DNA from: a virus
Taxonomy: Duplodnaviria; Caudoviricetes
Length of the DNA: 53,906 nucleotides
Direction: 5' to 3' (one strand)
IMG/VR virus record: IMGVR_UViG_3300036850_000179
Location: 1 to 53,906 of that record
The position numbers were made by a program, and so were the translations under genes. Positions 25,029 to 34,158 of the stretch are shown in pieces. The first letter of the stretch is position 1. Every line of letters starts with the position of its first letter. The notes under the pieces were generated by a model that was given only the letters and a program-made list of their open reading frames with translations, made no database searches and was not told where the DNA came from.

Positions 25029-28000
25029 CTACTCCTCCGGGTCGTAGTCGGGCGCCGGCGACCAGAACGTCCAGTCCGGCGGGTCGATGTAGAACGTGTA
25101 GTCCGGCGGGGGCAGGTCGACAACCTCGACGGGACCGGGGCCGGTCACGAACCCGTCGATAGGCTGCGCCTGCTCCGCCTCGACAACTTGGCCGAGCTGA
25201 TGGACCTGCGGGACACCGACGAGGCCGCCCATCGGCTGCGCCTGCTCCAGCTCGACGACCTGCCCGAGCATAACAGTCTTCGTGACGCCGAGAGGCTGCG
25301 CCGTCTCCGTCTCCACAGACGGACCTATCACCCAGAGCTGGTCGGGCGACTCCGCGAGGGCGTTCATCCCGAGGATGAGGTCCTGGTACGCCGCGCCGTC
25401 TTCGGTGGTGTTGTCCTCCAGCGAGACGCTGTCGCTGCGGGCGTTGAACAGCGTCAGGTACTCGCAGTGGTAGTCGACGTAGGTCTGGAGGGTCGCGAGT
25501 ATCCGCTGGAACCCGAGCGCGCGGTGCGCGCGGGTGCCGCGGTTCCCGCCGGACGCACACAGGACCGTCCCGCCGCCGAGGTCCATCCCGTACTCGGAGA
25601 CGGCCAGTTTCCGGCCGTCGAGGTCGGACCACTGCCGTGTCGCGGTGCGGTTGTCCCGGAGGTACTGGAAGTCCTCCGCGTGCTTCGTCGCGATGTTCGT
25701 CGTCGACCCGCACGCGATGTAGGACTGCTGCGACACGATGTCGATGAAGTTCACGCCGCCAGCCAGCGTCGGCCACAACGCCTCCATCCGAGATGGGGTG
25801 AAACTGTGGCTGTTCATGTAGGTCATCTGCCAGCGAACCCGCGTGCCGACGCCGGCGGCCTGGAACCGGGCGTACACCCGCCGCCATGCCGCGATGTAGT
25901 CGGTCGGGGTCATCCCCGAGCCGGGGGTGGTGTTCTGGTCGTTCTCCCCCTCATGGTGCCAGGTGTACTTGATGGGGCGGGCGGGGTCTATGTTCGCGAC
26001 GATGCTGGCCGCGAGCGCATCGAAGTTCGCGTCGCCAGCACCCGACCCCTGGCCGGCCCAGTTCACCCCGGCGGCGCCCTTGTGGTACAGGAGAATATCA
26101 TGGCCCTGGTTGTACGCGGTGATGACTTCCGCGGGGAGCGCGGAGCCGTTCGCAAGGTAGTACGACCACGGCCCGTCGAAGTTCCCGTCGAACATGGCGA
26201 TGTCGCGGTTCAGCTTCGTCCGCCACGACCCCGTCTCGCTGTTACCGGCGAGGTCCTGGTACCACTGGTTCTTGTCGCGCCACAGGCCGACCCGGAGCGG
26301 CGTCCCGCCGGTCGGGAGCATCGGCTGTGCCGTCTCCGTCTCCACGATTTGGTTGAGTGGCACCTCGCGCGCCCCAGTCAGCCCTTGCGGGGTCTCCAGC
26401 TCCGTGACCTGCCCGAGAGGAACCGTGATGGAGCCGCCGCCGAACACCATCGCCTGCGGCGTCTCCGTCTCCGTCACCTGGTTGAGGGGAACGTACTTCA
26501 CGACGCTGACGGCCTGGGCGGTCTCGACTTCGGAGGCTTGGCTGACTGCGGGGGCGGACTGGACAGTCAACCCCTGCGCCGTCTCGGTCTCCTGGACCTG
26601 CCCGACGGGGACCCGCGTCGTCCCGCCGGTGCCTTTCACCGCGACATGGATGATGGCCTGCCGGCCGGTGAACGTCCCCGCGTCGGTCGTGAACGTCTCC
26701 CCACCGAACGTCCCCGCCTGCCGCGAGTACGTCCCGCCCTGGTTGCGGATGCTGCACGACACCGCATAGTTCGTCGAGCCACCGGCGTCGTCGCTGTCCT
26801 TCTCCGACAGCTCCTCGTGGTTGGTCGCCTGCGCGAGGGTGAAGTCGGGTACGCTGCCTTTCCGGAACCCGTACCCGACGAGCAGGACCGACCCTGGCGT
26901 CGAGATGGTCTGGTTCGGCAGGACGATGCTGCTGTCGGTCCCGAGCGACGTATCGGAGGTGTCCGTCGCATCGAACCCGTTCGTGGACCGGAGGAGCTGC
27001 CCCGCGACAGCGCTGTTGCTTGACACGTCCAGGTTGATGGTCGCTTCCGGCTCCGACGCGCCCGCAATGCGGGTGAGGTGGTTGAGCTGCATGCTGCTGT
27101 TCATCACCGTCGTCCGGACGGTGTACGGCGCGCCGCCGAGGCCGGTGGCGGACACGACCGGGGTGATGGACGACACCAGCACAAACAGCTCGATGAGGTC
27201 GCCAGCTACGGCGACACCGGCGATGCCGGAAGTCTGGTACGACGTGGTCGACCGGGCTTCTCCGGTGATGTCGCCGACGGGGGTGATGGCGGCGCCCTGC
27301 TGGACGCCTATCGCTTGCGCCGTCTCCGTCTCGACCGTCTGAGCGACCGTGACCCGCTTCTCCGCGGTCATCCCGAACGGCGTCTCGGTCTCGGTGACCT
27401 GCCCGAGTGGAACGTACGTCGCTGGAGTGACCGCCTGAGCCGTTTCGGTCTCGGTGGTCTGACCGACGGCTACGTCCAGCTCGACTGTGAGGCCCTGGCC
27501 CGTCTCCGTCTCGACAACCTGCGCGACGGCGACACTCTTCTCAACTGTCACCGCTTGCGCGGTTTCCGTTTCGGTCACCTGGCCGACGGGGACGTTCTGG
27601 TCTCCACCGGCGCCGACGGTGATGGCCTGCGCCGTCTCGGTTTCAGTTACCTGCGCGACGGTGACATCTTTCTCGACCGTCAGCGCTTGGCCGGTCTCCG
27701 TCTCTGTCACCTGCGCGACCTGCACATCGAGTTCGACGGTGAGCGCCTGCGGCGTCTCCGCCTCCACGACCTGTCCCAACGGGACGTATGTCGCCGGCGT
27801 GACCGCCTGAGCGGTCTCCGTCTCGGTGACCTGCGCGGCAGCGACATCCTTCTCGACAGTCACCGCCTGGCTGGTCTCCGTTTCGGTGACCTGCCCGAGG
27901 TTGACGGTGACGCCGCTAGCGACCTCACGGACGGCGACGCCGACAGCGACCGCGTCGTCGGCGGCGGCGGTGAAGTCGACCGTGATGGTGCCGCCGGTCG

Positions 28001-28562
28001 CGATGTTCGTCCGTCGGACCGTGACTCCGCTCTTGGTGCCGTAGTCGAACGTGTTGGCGCTGGTGTAATCCGCCCCCACGGTGATGTCGGCAGGAGCGTT
28101 CGCGCCGGAGAACAGCGTCGCCGCGATGAACGTCTCCACACCCGCCGGCGTCACCAGTGACAGCGCCGGGTTTGCTAGCGAGTCGCTGTTCAACGTGTCG
28201 GTGTCGACGACCTCCGTGTCAGCCGCCGCTGTCGCCGTGAAAACGTGAACCTTCAGCGAGGTCGCTGCCGCACCCTGCCTGGTGACGACGCAGTCCTGGG
28301 TGCCGTCGGGGATGGTGTCGCGGTCGCCGAGAAACCACCCGTGAGCGGAGCCAAGCTCCCCGGTGGTGTGCAACACCGGCGAGCCGGTGACCTCGGCGAG
28401 GGACTGGCCGCCGTATGTGATGGACGCGACCTCGTCTGCTGACGTGAGGTACTGGACGAGGACGAGGACGCCGGCGACGTTCGCCGCCGCACCGGCGTGG
28501 GAGACGGTGACGGTTGCACCCGTGCCAGCGCCATTCGTGTAGGTGTCGAAGGCGATGGCCAT
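25029..28562 (-). CDS. Tail fibre with 20-aa QVTETETAQ repeats and GH26-like glycoside hydrolase
   Basis: 18 repeats in 3 blocks; WHHEGEN, YIAAWRRV, IDIVS, VSEYG. Confidence 0.85.
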   Translation of the reverse strand: MAIAFDTYTNGAGTGATVTVSHAGAAANVAGVLVLVQYLTSADEVASITYGGQSLAEVTGSPVLHTTGELGSAHGWFLGDRDTIPDGTQDCVVTRQGAAATSLKVHVFTATAAADTEVVDTDTLNSDSLANPALSLVTPAGVETFIAATLFSGANAPADITVGADYTSANTFDYGTKSGVTVRRTNIATGGTITVDFTAAADDAVAVGVAVREVASGVTVNLGQVTETETSQAVTVEKDVAAAQVTETETAQAVTPATYVPLGQVVEAETPQALTVELDVQVAQVTETETGQALTVEKDVTVAQVTETETAQAITVGAGGDQNVPVGQVTETETAQAVTVEKSVAVAQVVETETGQGLTVELDVAVGQTTETETAQAVTPATYVPLGQVTETETPFGMTAEKRVTVAQTVETETAQAIGVQQGAAITPVGDITGEARSTTSYQTSGIAGVAVAGDLIELFVLVSSITPVVSATGLGGAPYTVRTTVMNSSMQLNHLTRIAGASEPEATINLDVSSNSAVAGQLLRSTNGFDATDTSDTSLGTDSSIVLPNQTISTPGSVLLVGYGFRKGSVPDFTLAQATNHEELSEKDSDDAGGSTNYAVSCSIRNQGGTYSRQAGTFGGETFTTDAGTFTGRQAIIHVAVKGTGGTTRVPVGQVQETETAQGLTVQSAPAVSQASEVETAQAVSVVKYVPLNQVTETETPQAMVFGGGSITVPLGQVTELETPQGLTGAREVPLNQIVETETAQPMLPTGGTPLRVGLWRDKNQWYQDLAGNSETGSWRTKLNRDIAMFDGNFDGPWSYYLANGSALPAEVITAYNQGHDILLYHKGAAGVNWAGQGSGAGDANFDALAASIVANIDPARPIKYTWHHEGENDQNTTPGSGMTPTDYIAAWRRVYARFQAAGVGTRVRWQMTYMNSHSFTPSRMEALWPTLAGGVNFIDIVSQQSYIACGSTTNIATKHAEDFQYLRDNRTATRQWSDLDGRKLAVSEYGMDLGGGTVLCASGGNRGTRAHRALGFQRILATLQTYVDYHCEYLTLFNARSDSVSLEDNTTEDGAAYQDLILGMNALAESPDQLWVIGPSVETETAQPLGVTKTVMLGQVVELEQAQPMGGLVGVPQVHQLGQVVEAEQAQPIDGFVTGPGPVEVVDLPPPDYTFYIDPPDWTFWSPAPDYDPEE
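27295..27906 (-). repeat. Tandem ~60-bp coding repeats (10 units) in the fibre shaft
   Basis: VxxxQVTETETxQAxTVxxx; further blocks near 26310-26610 and 25160-25335. Confidence 0.85.
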
Positions 28563-28574
28563 TTCGCCTCCCTG

Positions 28575-29075
28575 TTACGCGGAGCGGTAGAACCCGGTGG
28601 CGGCCACCTGAAGCACGACGTTGTTGCCGTCGGGGGTGATGGAGACGGCGTGGGCGGTCAGGGGGATGACGGCCGTGTCGGCGGAGCCGGTGTCCGGACG
28701 GAAGCAGAGCAGCACCTTCCCGATGGCGTTCCCGCCGAGGGCGGTGTACGTCTGGTCGGGGACATCCAGCTCGAACCGGTTGTTGGTGTCGTCCGGTGCC
28801 GGCACCGCCGCCAGCTCCGTCTCGGTGAGGACCTTCCGGGCCTGGTTCGTCTGCTCGTTGTTCGCGGCGGCGAGCAGCGCCGACAGGTCATCATAGTTGT
28901 TGAGCGTGTCGTCCGCTTCGATGCCGGTCGTCTCGACGAGGACCACCACGAACGCGGCGTTCGCCGTCGACGTGAACTCACCCGCCGACGCGAGCACCAG
29001 CGAGTTCTCGACGGCGTAGTAGTAGTACTTCGCCTTCCCGCGGGCGAAGTTGAACATGAAGTCGGAGCCGGCCAT
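28575..29075 (-). CDS. Virion tail-associated protein
   Basis: DDTNNR...D.PD.TY...ITPDGNNVVLQ...GFY pattern typical of fibre-adjacent genes. Confidence 0.7.
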   Translation of the reverse strand: MAGSDFMFNFARGKAKYYYYAVENSLVLASAGEFTSTANAAFVVVLVETTGIEADDTLNNYDDLSALLAAANNEQTNQARKVLTETELAAVPAPDDTNNRFELDVPDQTYTALGGNAIGKVLLCFRPDTGSADTAVIPLTAHAVSITPDGNNVVLQVAATGFYRSA

Positions 29076-29076
29076 G

Positions 29077-29796
29077 TCAGACGGTCCCTTCTCTCAGGGC
29101 CGTCTTCACGGCCTCGACGGCTTGCTCTGGGGTGATGCCACCGCCAGGCCCGGTGGGGATGGCCGCGATGGCGGCGAGCACGCGGGTCTCCAGCCCGGCG
29201 ATGAGGACGCTGAGGGCGGTCTCCGCCGCGGAGACCTTGTTCACGACCTCACCGGCCTTGGTGTTGACCTGGTTGTAGGTCTTCTCGACCTTCTCGACCG
29301 CTTGTGTGATGTCCAGGCCCCGAGCGCCCCTCATGTCGGCGATGGCCGCCAGGATGTCTTCGCGTGCACCCACGAGTTCGTCCTCCTCTAGTGGAACGTG
29401 GTAGTGATGGCGGAACAGCGGGTCGTTCGCGCCGCGCGCTTCAGCGCCGACGAGGACACCCCGCCCGCCGCGGGCCTCGACGTTCAGGCCGTCGATGGTG
29501 CCGGCGGTGTGGCCGATGCCCGACGCCGACTCCCACGGGAAGATAACCCCGATGGTGAAGTCGACCGCCCCCCCTGCACCGGCACGGAAGCCGATGGCGG
29601 CGTACACCGAGTCGATGGTGCCGGTGCCGAATTGGCGGTTGTTACAGACCTGCCGGCCGTACAGGACGTTGAGGATGCCGCCCATGTAGCCGGAGCAGTC
29701 CCACCCGTCGCAGCCGTCGCCACCCCACACATACGGGTCGCCGGCTTCACCGCGGGCGAACGTGACCGCCCTCGCGAAGTCCTCGACGGTGGGCAT
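29077..29796 (-). CDS. NlpC/P60 endopeptidase endolysin
   Basis: GDPYVWGG...DCSG...HTAG; helical C-terminus; follows membrane genes. Confidence 0.88.
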   Translation of the reverse strand: MPTVEDFARAVTFARGEAGDPYVWGGDGCDGWDCSGYMGGILNVLYGRQVCNNRQFGTGTIDSVYAAIGFRAGAGGAVDFTIGVIFPWESASGIGHTAGTIDGLNVEARGGRGVLVGAEARGANDPLFRHHYHVPLEEDELVGAREDILAAIADMRGARGLDITQAVEKVEKTYNQVNTKAGEVVNKVSAAETALSVLIAGLETRVLAAIAAIPTGPGGGITPEQAVEAVKTALREGTV

Positions 29797-29912
29797 CAGT
29801 TCACCGTCTCGTCTTGCCAGTCGGGCGTGTCGTCCTGCTGCGCCGACTCGTAGATGGCGCGGACCTCCTCGGGGGTCAGGTCCGCCCCTTCCTCCGGGGC
29901 CTTCTCAGTCAT
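29796..29912 (-). CDS. 38-aa acidic peptide
   Basis: AAGGA RBS; TGATG coupling to the endolysin. Confidence 0.55.
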   Translation of the reverse strand: MTEKAPEEGADLTPEEVRAIYESAQQDDTPDWQDETVN

Positions 29913-30276
29913 GCTGGTCCTTTCTGCTCAGCCACCCCTGACCGCCACCACGGCGCGCGAAGTGAACGTACAGCCCGACCGTGAGTAACGCCATCGCCGG
30001 CACAACAGCCGCGAGGATGATGAACACGCTGATGAGCCTGCCATACAGCGTTGTCGCGACGGGGGCGTCGCCGAACACCAGCCGCCACGTCACGAGGATA
30101 CTGTACACGATAGCGGCGACGCTGTCGGTAACGAGCGCGACGGTGACGAGCAGCCGGACCGGTCCCGGCAGTAACGCCCGACCCGGCAGCCCTTTCCGGA
30201 AGTACAGAACCAGGAACGCGAAGCCGGCGATGCCGCCTGCACCAGCGAGCAGCTCCAGGAACAGACGGAATGTCAC
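29905..30276 (-). CDS. Three-TM membrane protein (holin-like)
   Basis: Three hydrophobic helices in the lysis cassette. Confidence 0.7.
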   Translation of the reverse strand: MTFRLFLELLAGAGGIAGFAFLVLYFRKGLPGRALLPGPVRLLVTVALVTDSVAAIVYSILVTWRLVFGDAPVATTLYGRLISVFIILAAVVPAMALLTVGLYVHFARRGGGQGWLSRKDQHD

Positions 30277-30288
30277 GGCTGAGCCTTT

Positions 30289-30468
30289 CTACGTTCGGGG
30301 TTTCGCGCCGAGGAGCGCCGCGGCGAGTGCCACAAGATGGTTCGCGTCGGTGAACTCGCGGGTGCGTTCCGTCTCCCGCTGCGCCTCCTTGACGACCTTC
30401 TCGGTCGCCCGAGCCTTCCGTCTCGCTTCGTCGAGCGGGTCTGGACCGGTACGCCGCCGCCAAGGCAT
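30289..30468 (-). CDS. Lysis-cassette small protein (DUF7620-like)
   Basis: MPWRRR...EARRKAR...NHLVAL; resembles actinophage lysis-cassette genes. Confidence 0.6.
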   Translation of the reverse strand: MPWRRRTGPDPLDEARRKARATEKVVKEAQRETERTREFTDANHLVALAAALLGAKPRT

Positions 30469-30470
30469 GG

Positions 30471-30749
30471 CTACCTTCTCTCCGCCTGCCCTGCGAGCCG
30501 CTCCGCCTGCAACCGGAGGGCGTCGAGCAGGTCGTTGTTAGCGCGTGCGCGCTCCACACCGGATTCCTTCAGTTCCGCTTCGAGCCTGTCTGCGCGCTTC
30601 TCATGGATTGCCGCGACCTGGTCTTTCAACGCCAGCTCACGGTCGACCTGGAAACCCCACCGGACGACACCGCGGGCTTGGGCGAGGATGAACGCGATAA
30701 GGAACGCGAGTACATCACCGCGCTGCTGGAGGAGCGTCACCCAATCCAT
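30471..30749 (-). CDS. TM plus coiled-coil lysis-cassette protein
   Basis: AGGAG RBS; TM then RGVVRWG and a coiled coil. Confidence 0.7.
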   Translation of the reverse strand: MDWVTLLQQRGDVLAFLIAFILAQARGVVRWGFQVDRELALKDQVAAIHEKRADRLEAELKESGVERARANNDLLDALRLQAERLAGQAERR

Positions 30750-30758
30750 GCGCCGCTC

Positions 30759-31325
30759 CTACTCCGGAAGTTCGTCGTTACCGGTGACCTCCAACGCGAA
30801 CCAGGTCTTGTTGTCGGCGGTGGCCTGAATGTTCCCAGTGCCCGACCCGGACACCCGGGAGTATTTCAACTGGAACGTTTTGTACGCGGTCGCGTCGGGA
30901 ATGTACATCCACGTGAACGTCCCGCCGAACGCGCCGACGTTCGCTATAACCATCTTCGGTCCGAGCGCCGCCCCTATCGCGGCGCCCCCTTCGTCACGGA
31001 CCTGGATGGCAAACCCGAACCCGACCGTGTCGGCGGTGAAGCTACGAGCGTGGAACGTCAGCTTGTACATGACGCCCTTCAGCACCCGCGTGCTGATGAG
31101 CAGACCGGCGTAGGAGACCTCCGTTGCGCCGGTGGCGTCAGGACCGTTCGATTCGGTCTCCTTGTACCAGTCGGTCCGCATGCCGAGAGCGGCTTCCGAC
31201 TTCGGTGCTTTCGACTCCCGGTCGAGCGCCGGGCCGCCCGGCTGCCCGTCCCGCCGGCGGGCTTTCCCGCGGAAGACAGCTTTCGTCTCCCGGTGCGGCT
31301 CCCGGTCCATCGCCAGCTCCGGCAT
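30759..31325 (-). CDS. Minor tail protein
   Basis: Beta-rich C-terminal domain after the nozzle gene. Confidence 0.65.
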   Translation of the reverse strand: MPELAMDREPHRETKAVFRGKARRRDGQPGGPALDRESKAPKSEAALGMRTDWYKETESNGPDATGATEVSYAGLLISTRVLKGVMYKLTFHARSFTADTVGFGFAIQVRDEGGAAIGAALGPKMVIANVGAFGGTFTWMYIPDATAYKTFQLKYSRVSGSGTGNIQATADNKTWFALEVTGNDELPE

Positions 31326-31326
31326 G

Positions 31327-33234
31327 CTACACCTCAGCCAGCGTCAGCCGGAACCAGTGCGACTCTGTCGCCTGGCCCTGGGCGTCCTGCCCACGGGGCA
31401 TGTCCGTCGCCTTCGTGTAGTCGAGCACGGCGACCTGGTAGGCGGTGCCGTCCTTGTCGACGAACTCGACGGTCTGCTTCTCCGGGTCGCGCAGCATCGT
31501 CTCCAGCTTCGCTTCCAGGCTTTCTGGCGTCTCGCCGTACTCCGCCCCACCGACCATCCGCATATCGGTCCGGCGCGCTGCGACGGTGAACGTCCAGCCC
31601 CACCGCACATCGGGGACGACCTGATAGTCGACCTCGAACGACGCGACGATGGGGCGGGCATTCGTGGCGGAGCCGCTGAACGTCGCTGGGGTCAGCGTCA
31701 GCCGGTACCGGAGCGTCTTCGAGCGGCGGAGGTTTGCGAGGGCCGGCACCGCAGCAGCCTTGAAGCGGGCGGTCTGCTCACCCGCGACCGCCATCGTCCC
31801 GACGGTCGCCCACGACCCGCCGGCGAGGAAGCTGGTGCCGTACACCTGGTCGGCGGTGACCTCCACCGTCACGGAACACCCCGCCGGAAGCGGTTCCTTC
31901 AGCCGCAGCCGGAACTCGTGCCACAGCTTGTCCTGGTCGGGCAGCTCCGCATCGAACTCGCTGCTGATGATGGTGCTGGCCTGATACTCCCGGAACGCGG
32001 GGTCTTCGACGTTGAGAAGGGCTTCGTTGTACGCCGCCGCGACGAGCCGGTTCTGGTACACGATGGTGTTCGACACCCACCCGTCGGTCGTGAGGTCCAT
32101 GCTTTTCAGGCTCGGGCCGGGCAGGACGGCATCCTTCCCGGGGTCGTAGTAGAACAGCCCGCCGTAGCCGTGGGTGAACACGAGCCACTGTCGGTACGAC
32201 ACCGACTTCGAGAACCGCGCGGTCAGCCCCCCAGGGCCTTGGTCGGCGAAATGGGCGGGGGCTTCGTAGATGAGTTTCATCGTCTCGCCGTCGTAGCCCC
32301 AAAGCTGCCCGACGGTGGAGACGTTATCGTCGGTGTACGCGAACCCGGTGACGTACAGGACACCCTCGTGGAGGGTGATGCCCCTCGCGCGGAAGTTCGA
32401 CGGCCAGATATGCACCGCCTGGATGGTAATGAGGTCGGTGATGTACAGGCACGACAACGTGCGGCGGTCGGTACCGAGGATGTAGAACCGCTGATTCCAG
32501 AACTCCCCGTCGATGATGTCGAGGTCGGTGTTCCCGACCGGCGACCATCCGGCGTTGTCCTCCCGCCACTTCCACAACCGCTGCTCCGCGGCCATGATGT
32601 CCTGCTTCCCGAACCCGCCCGCGAGCATGGTGATGGTGTCGGCCGCCTGGCCGTTCAGCTTCGTGTTGATGGTCTCGGAGGAGTGGCCGATGGTGTACAC
32701 CGAGCCGTCCTCGGCCCCGAGGTGCATCGCGTACATGCTCGCCGACGCGGCGTTCGACCGCGCCATTGCGGTGAGCAGGTCCGCGTTCGGCATGTTCATC
32801 AACGTCGACGCACCCGTCAGCGACGCGACCCGCCGGAGGTATGTCGCGCCCTCGCTGCCGAAGTACAAGTTCGGGTTGCTGTTCTCGTTCTGCGCGCGGA
32901 CGACTAACAGCTTCTCGCTCGCGCCGTTCACCAGCCCCTCCGTGCGTTGCTGGAGGGTGAACCGCGGCTGCGCGTAGCCGTCGCGTACGTCGGCGGTGCC
33001 CCAGTAGAACATGCTGGCGCCGGCTTCGTCGCCGTACCAGCGGAACCTGCCGATACCCCCCGCCCAGTCAGCCTGCTTCCATGTCGAGAACGGCCCGAGG
33101 GTCTGCGGCTCACCCTGCCTGACTGGGGCGCGGGCGTACAGGGCGGAGGCGTTCGACTTCACGTAGGAGTCCGGGGCGATGAGGAGCCCCGTCCCGTCGA
33201 GGGTGACGACACCGGCCGCCGGCGGGGTCGGCAT
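31327..33234 (-). CDS. Podovirus-type tail nozzle / stabilization protein
   Basis: 635 aa, beta-rich; WKQADWAGGIG, IISSEFD...DKLW; follows the adaptor. Confidence 0.7.
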   Translation of the reverse strand: MPTPPAAGVVTLDGTGLLIAPDSYVKSNASALYARAPVRQGEPQTLGPFSTWKQADWAGGIGRFRWYGDEAGASMFYWGTADVRDGYAQPRFTLQQRTEGLVNGASEKLLVVRAQNENSNPNLYFGSEGATYLRRVASLTGASTLMNMPNADLLTAMARSNAASASMYAMHLGAEDGSVYTIGHSSETINTKLNGQAADTITMLAGGFGKQDIMAAEQRLWKWREDNAGWSPVGNTDLDIIDGEFWNQRFYILGTDRRTLSCLYITDLITIQAVHIWPSNFRARGITLHEGVLYVTGFAYTDDNVSTVGQLWGYDGETMKLIYEAPAHFADQGPGGLTARFSKSVSYRQWLVFTHGYGGLFYYDPGKDAVLPGPSLKSMDLTTDGWVSNTIVYQNRLVAAAYNEALLNVEDPAFREYQASTIISSEFDAELPDQDKLWHEFRLRLKEPLPAGCSVTVEVTADQVYGTSFLAGGSWATVGTMAVAGEQTARFKAAAVPALANLRRSKTLRYRLTLTPATFSGSATNARPIVASFEVDYQVVPDVRWGWTFTVAARRTDMRMVGGAEYGETPESLEAKLETMLRDPEKQTVEFVDKDGTAYQVAVLDYTKATDMPRGQDAQGQATESHWFRLTLAEV

Positions 33235-33235
33235 G

Positions 33236-33823
33236 TCAAACCGCCAGCCCCGGTAGGGACATGCCGGCGCCTTCGCCCATCATCCTCGTGAACTTCGTGA
33301 AGTACATGTCCGCGAGGTTGAGCAGCTCGTTCTCGTCGACCCGGTCCGGGTCGGACGGCTCCCAGTTCTTCCACCGGGCCTTCTCGAACACCATGTTCTC
33401 CGCGACGAGACCCGCCGCGTACGTGAGCGCGCGGTCGAGGGCGGTGTCGGGGATGGTGTACGCCGTCGACGTGGGGACCGGGAACGGTTCGTGTGACACG
33501 ACGACATAGGCGGTGGACGGGTCCAGGCCACCGAGTTCGCTGCCGCGTTTGAACCACGGCAGGCTGGTGCTGGTGCCCTTCTCCGCGGCGTCTTCGATGT
33601 CGAAGACGTGGTCGACGTACTGGCCGACCGGTACCGCGACGAAGCCGGCGGTGTCGGTGGTGACGTTCGCGCTGTACACGATGCGGTAGTACACCGGGTA
33701 CAGCTCCGCCATTGCACCCTCAGCCACTTCGTCGAGCAGCTCGTCGGGGAAGGCCGCCCTCGTGTCGTCACGGAGACGACGGCGCAGCCTTCGCCTCCAG
33801 CCGGTCAAGTCGAGGGAGGCCAT
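33236..33823 (-). CDS. Head-tail adaptor
   Basis: L...RRRLRRRL.D...F.DE.L N-terminal helix; position after the capsid. Confidence 0.75.
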   Translation of the reverse strand: MASLDLTGWRRRLRRRLRDDTRAAFPDELLDEVAEGAMAELYPVYYRIVYSANVTTDTAGFVAVPVGQYVDHVFDIEDAAEKGTSTSLPWFKRGSELGGLDPSTAYVVVSHEPFPVPTSTAYTIPDTALDRALTYAAGLVAENMVFEKARWKNWEPSDPDRVDENELLNLADMYFTKFTRMMGEGAGMSLPGLAV

Positions 33824-33826
33824 GTC

Positions 33827-34072
33827 CTACTCCTGGTAGCTGGCGGGGGCGGAGGAGGGCTTCTGGGTCTCCCGGGCGATAGCGGCGATGGCTTGCTGCT
33901 GCGCCTCCGCCAGCTTCCGGACGGCGAGGGTCTGCTCCGGCCCGGAGGCGGTCCGGCGGACAACCTCCTGCGCGAGACGCTTGAACCGCTCCCGGAGCCA
34001 CTCCATCCGCTGCTGCTGCTCCTCGTCGGGGCGGTGGTAGTCGAAGATGTTGTCGAGGTCGAAGTAGGCCAC
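33827..34072 (-). CDS. Acb2/Tad1-like helical-hairpin protein (candidate immune-signal sponge)
   Basis: GGAGG RBS, GTG; FDYHRP..EQ...LR..FK.LA.....GPEQTLAVRKL.EA...A.AAIAR. Confidence 0.7.
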   Translation of the reverse strand: MAYFDLDNIFDYHRPDEEQQQRMEWLRERFKRLAQEVVRRTASGPEQTLAVRKLAEAQQQAIAAIARETQKPSSAPASYQE

Positions 34073-34158
34073 GCTGCCCTCCAATACGGGAGCAGCCCGT
34101 ACCCCTCGGGGGCATCCGAGGGGCCGGGCCACTCTGTCGTGTCGCCGTGGGCGGCGGC

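Noticed and set aside
26310-27906. Periodic ~60-bp repeats as a CRISPR array or DGR
   Set aside because: They are in-frame protein repeats with synonymous variation; no reverse transcriptase or TR/VR pair is seen
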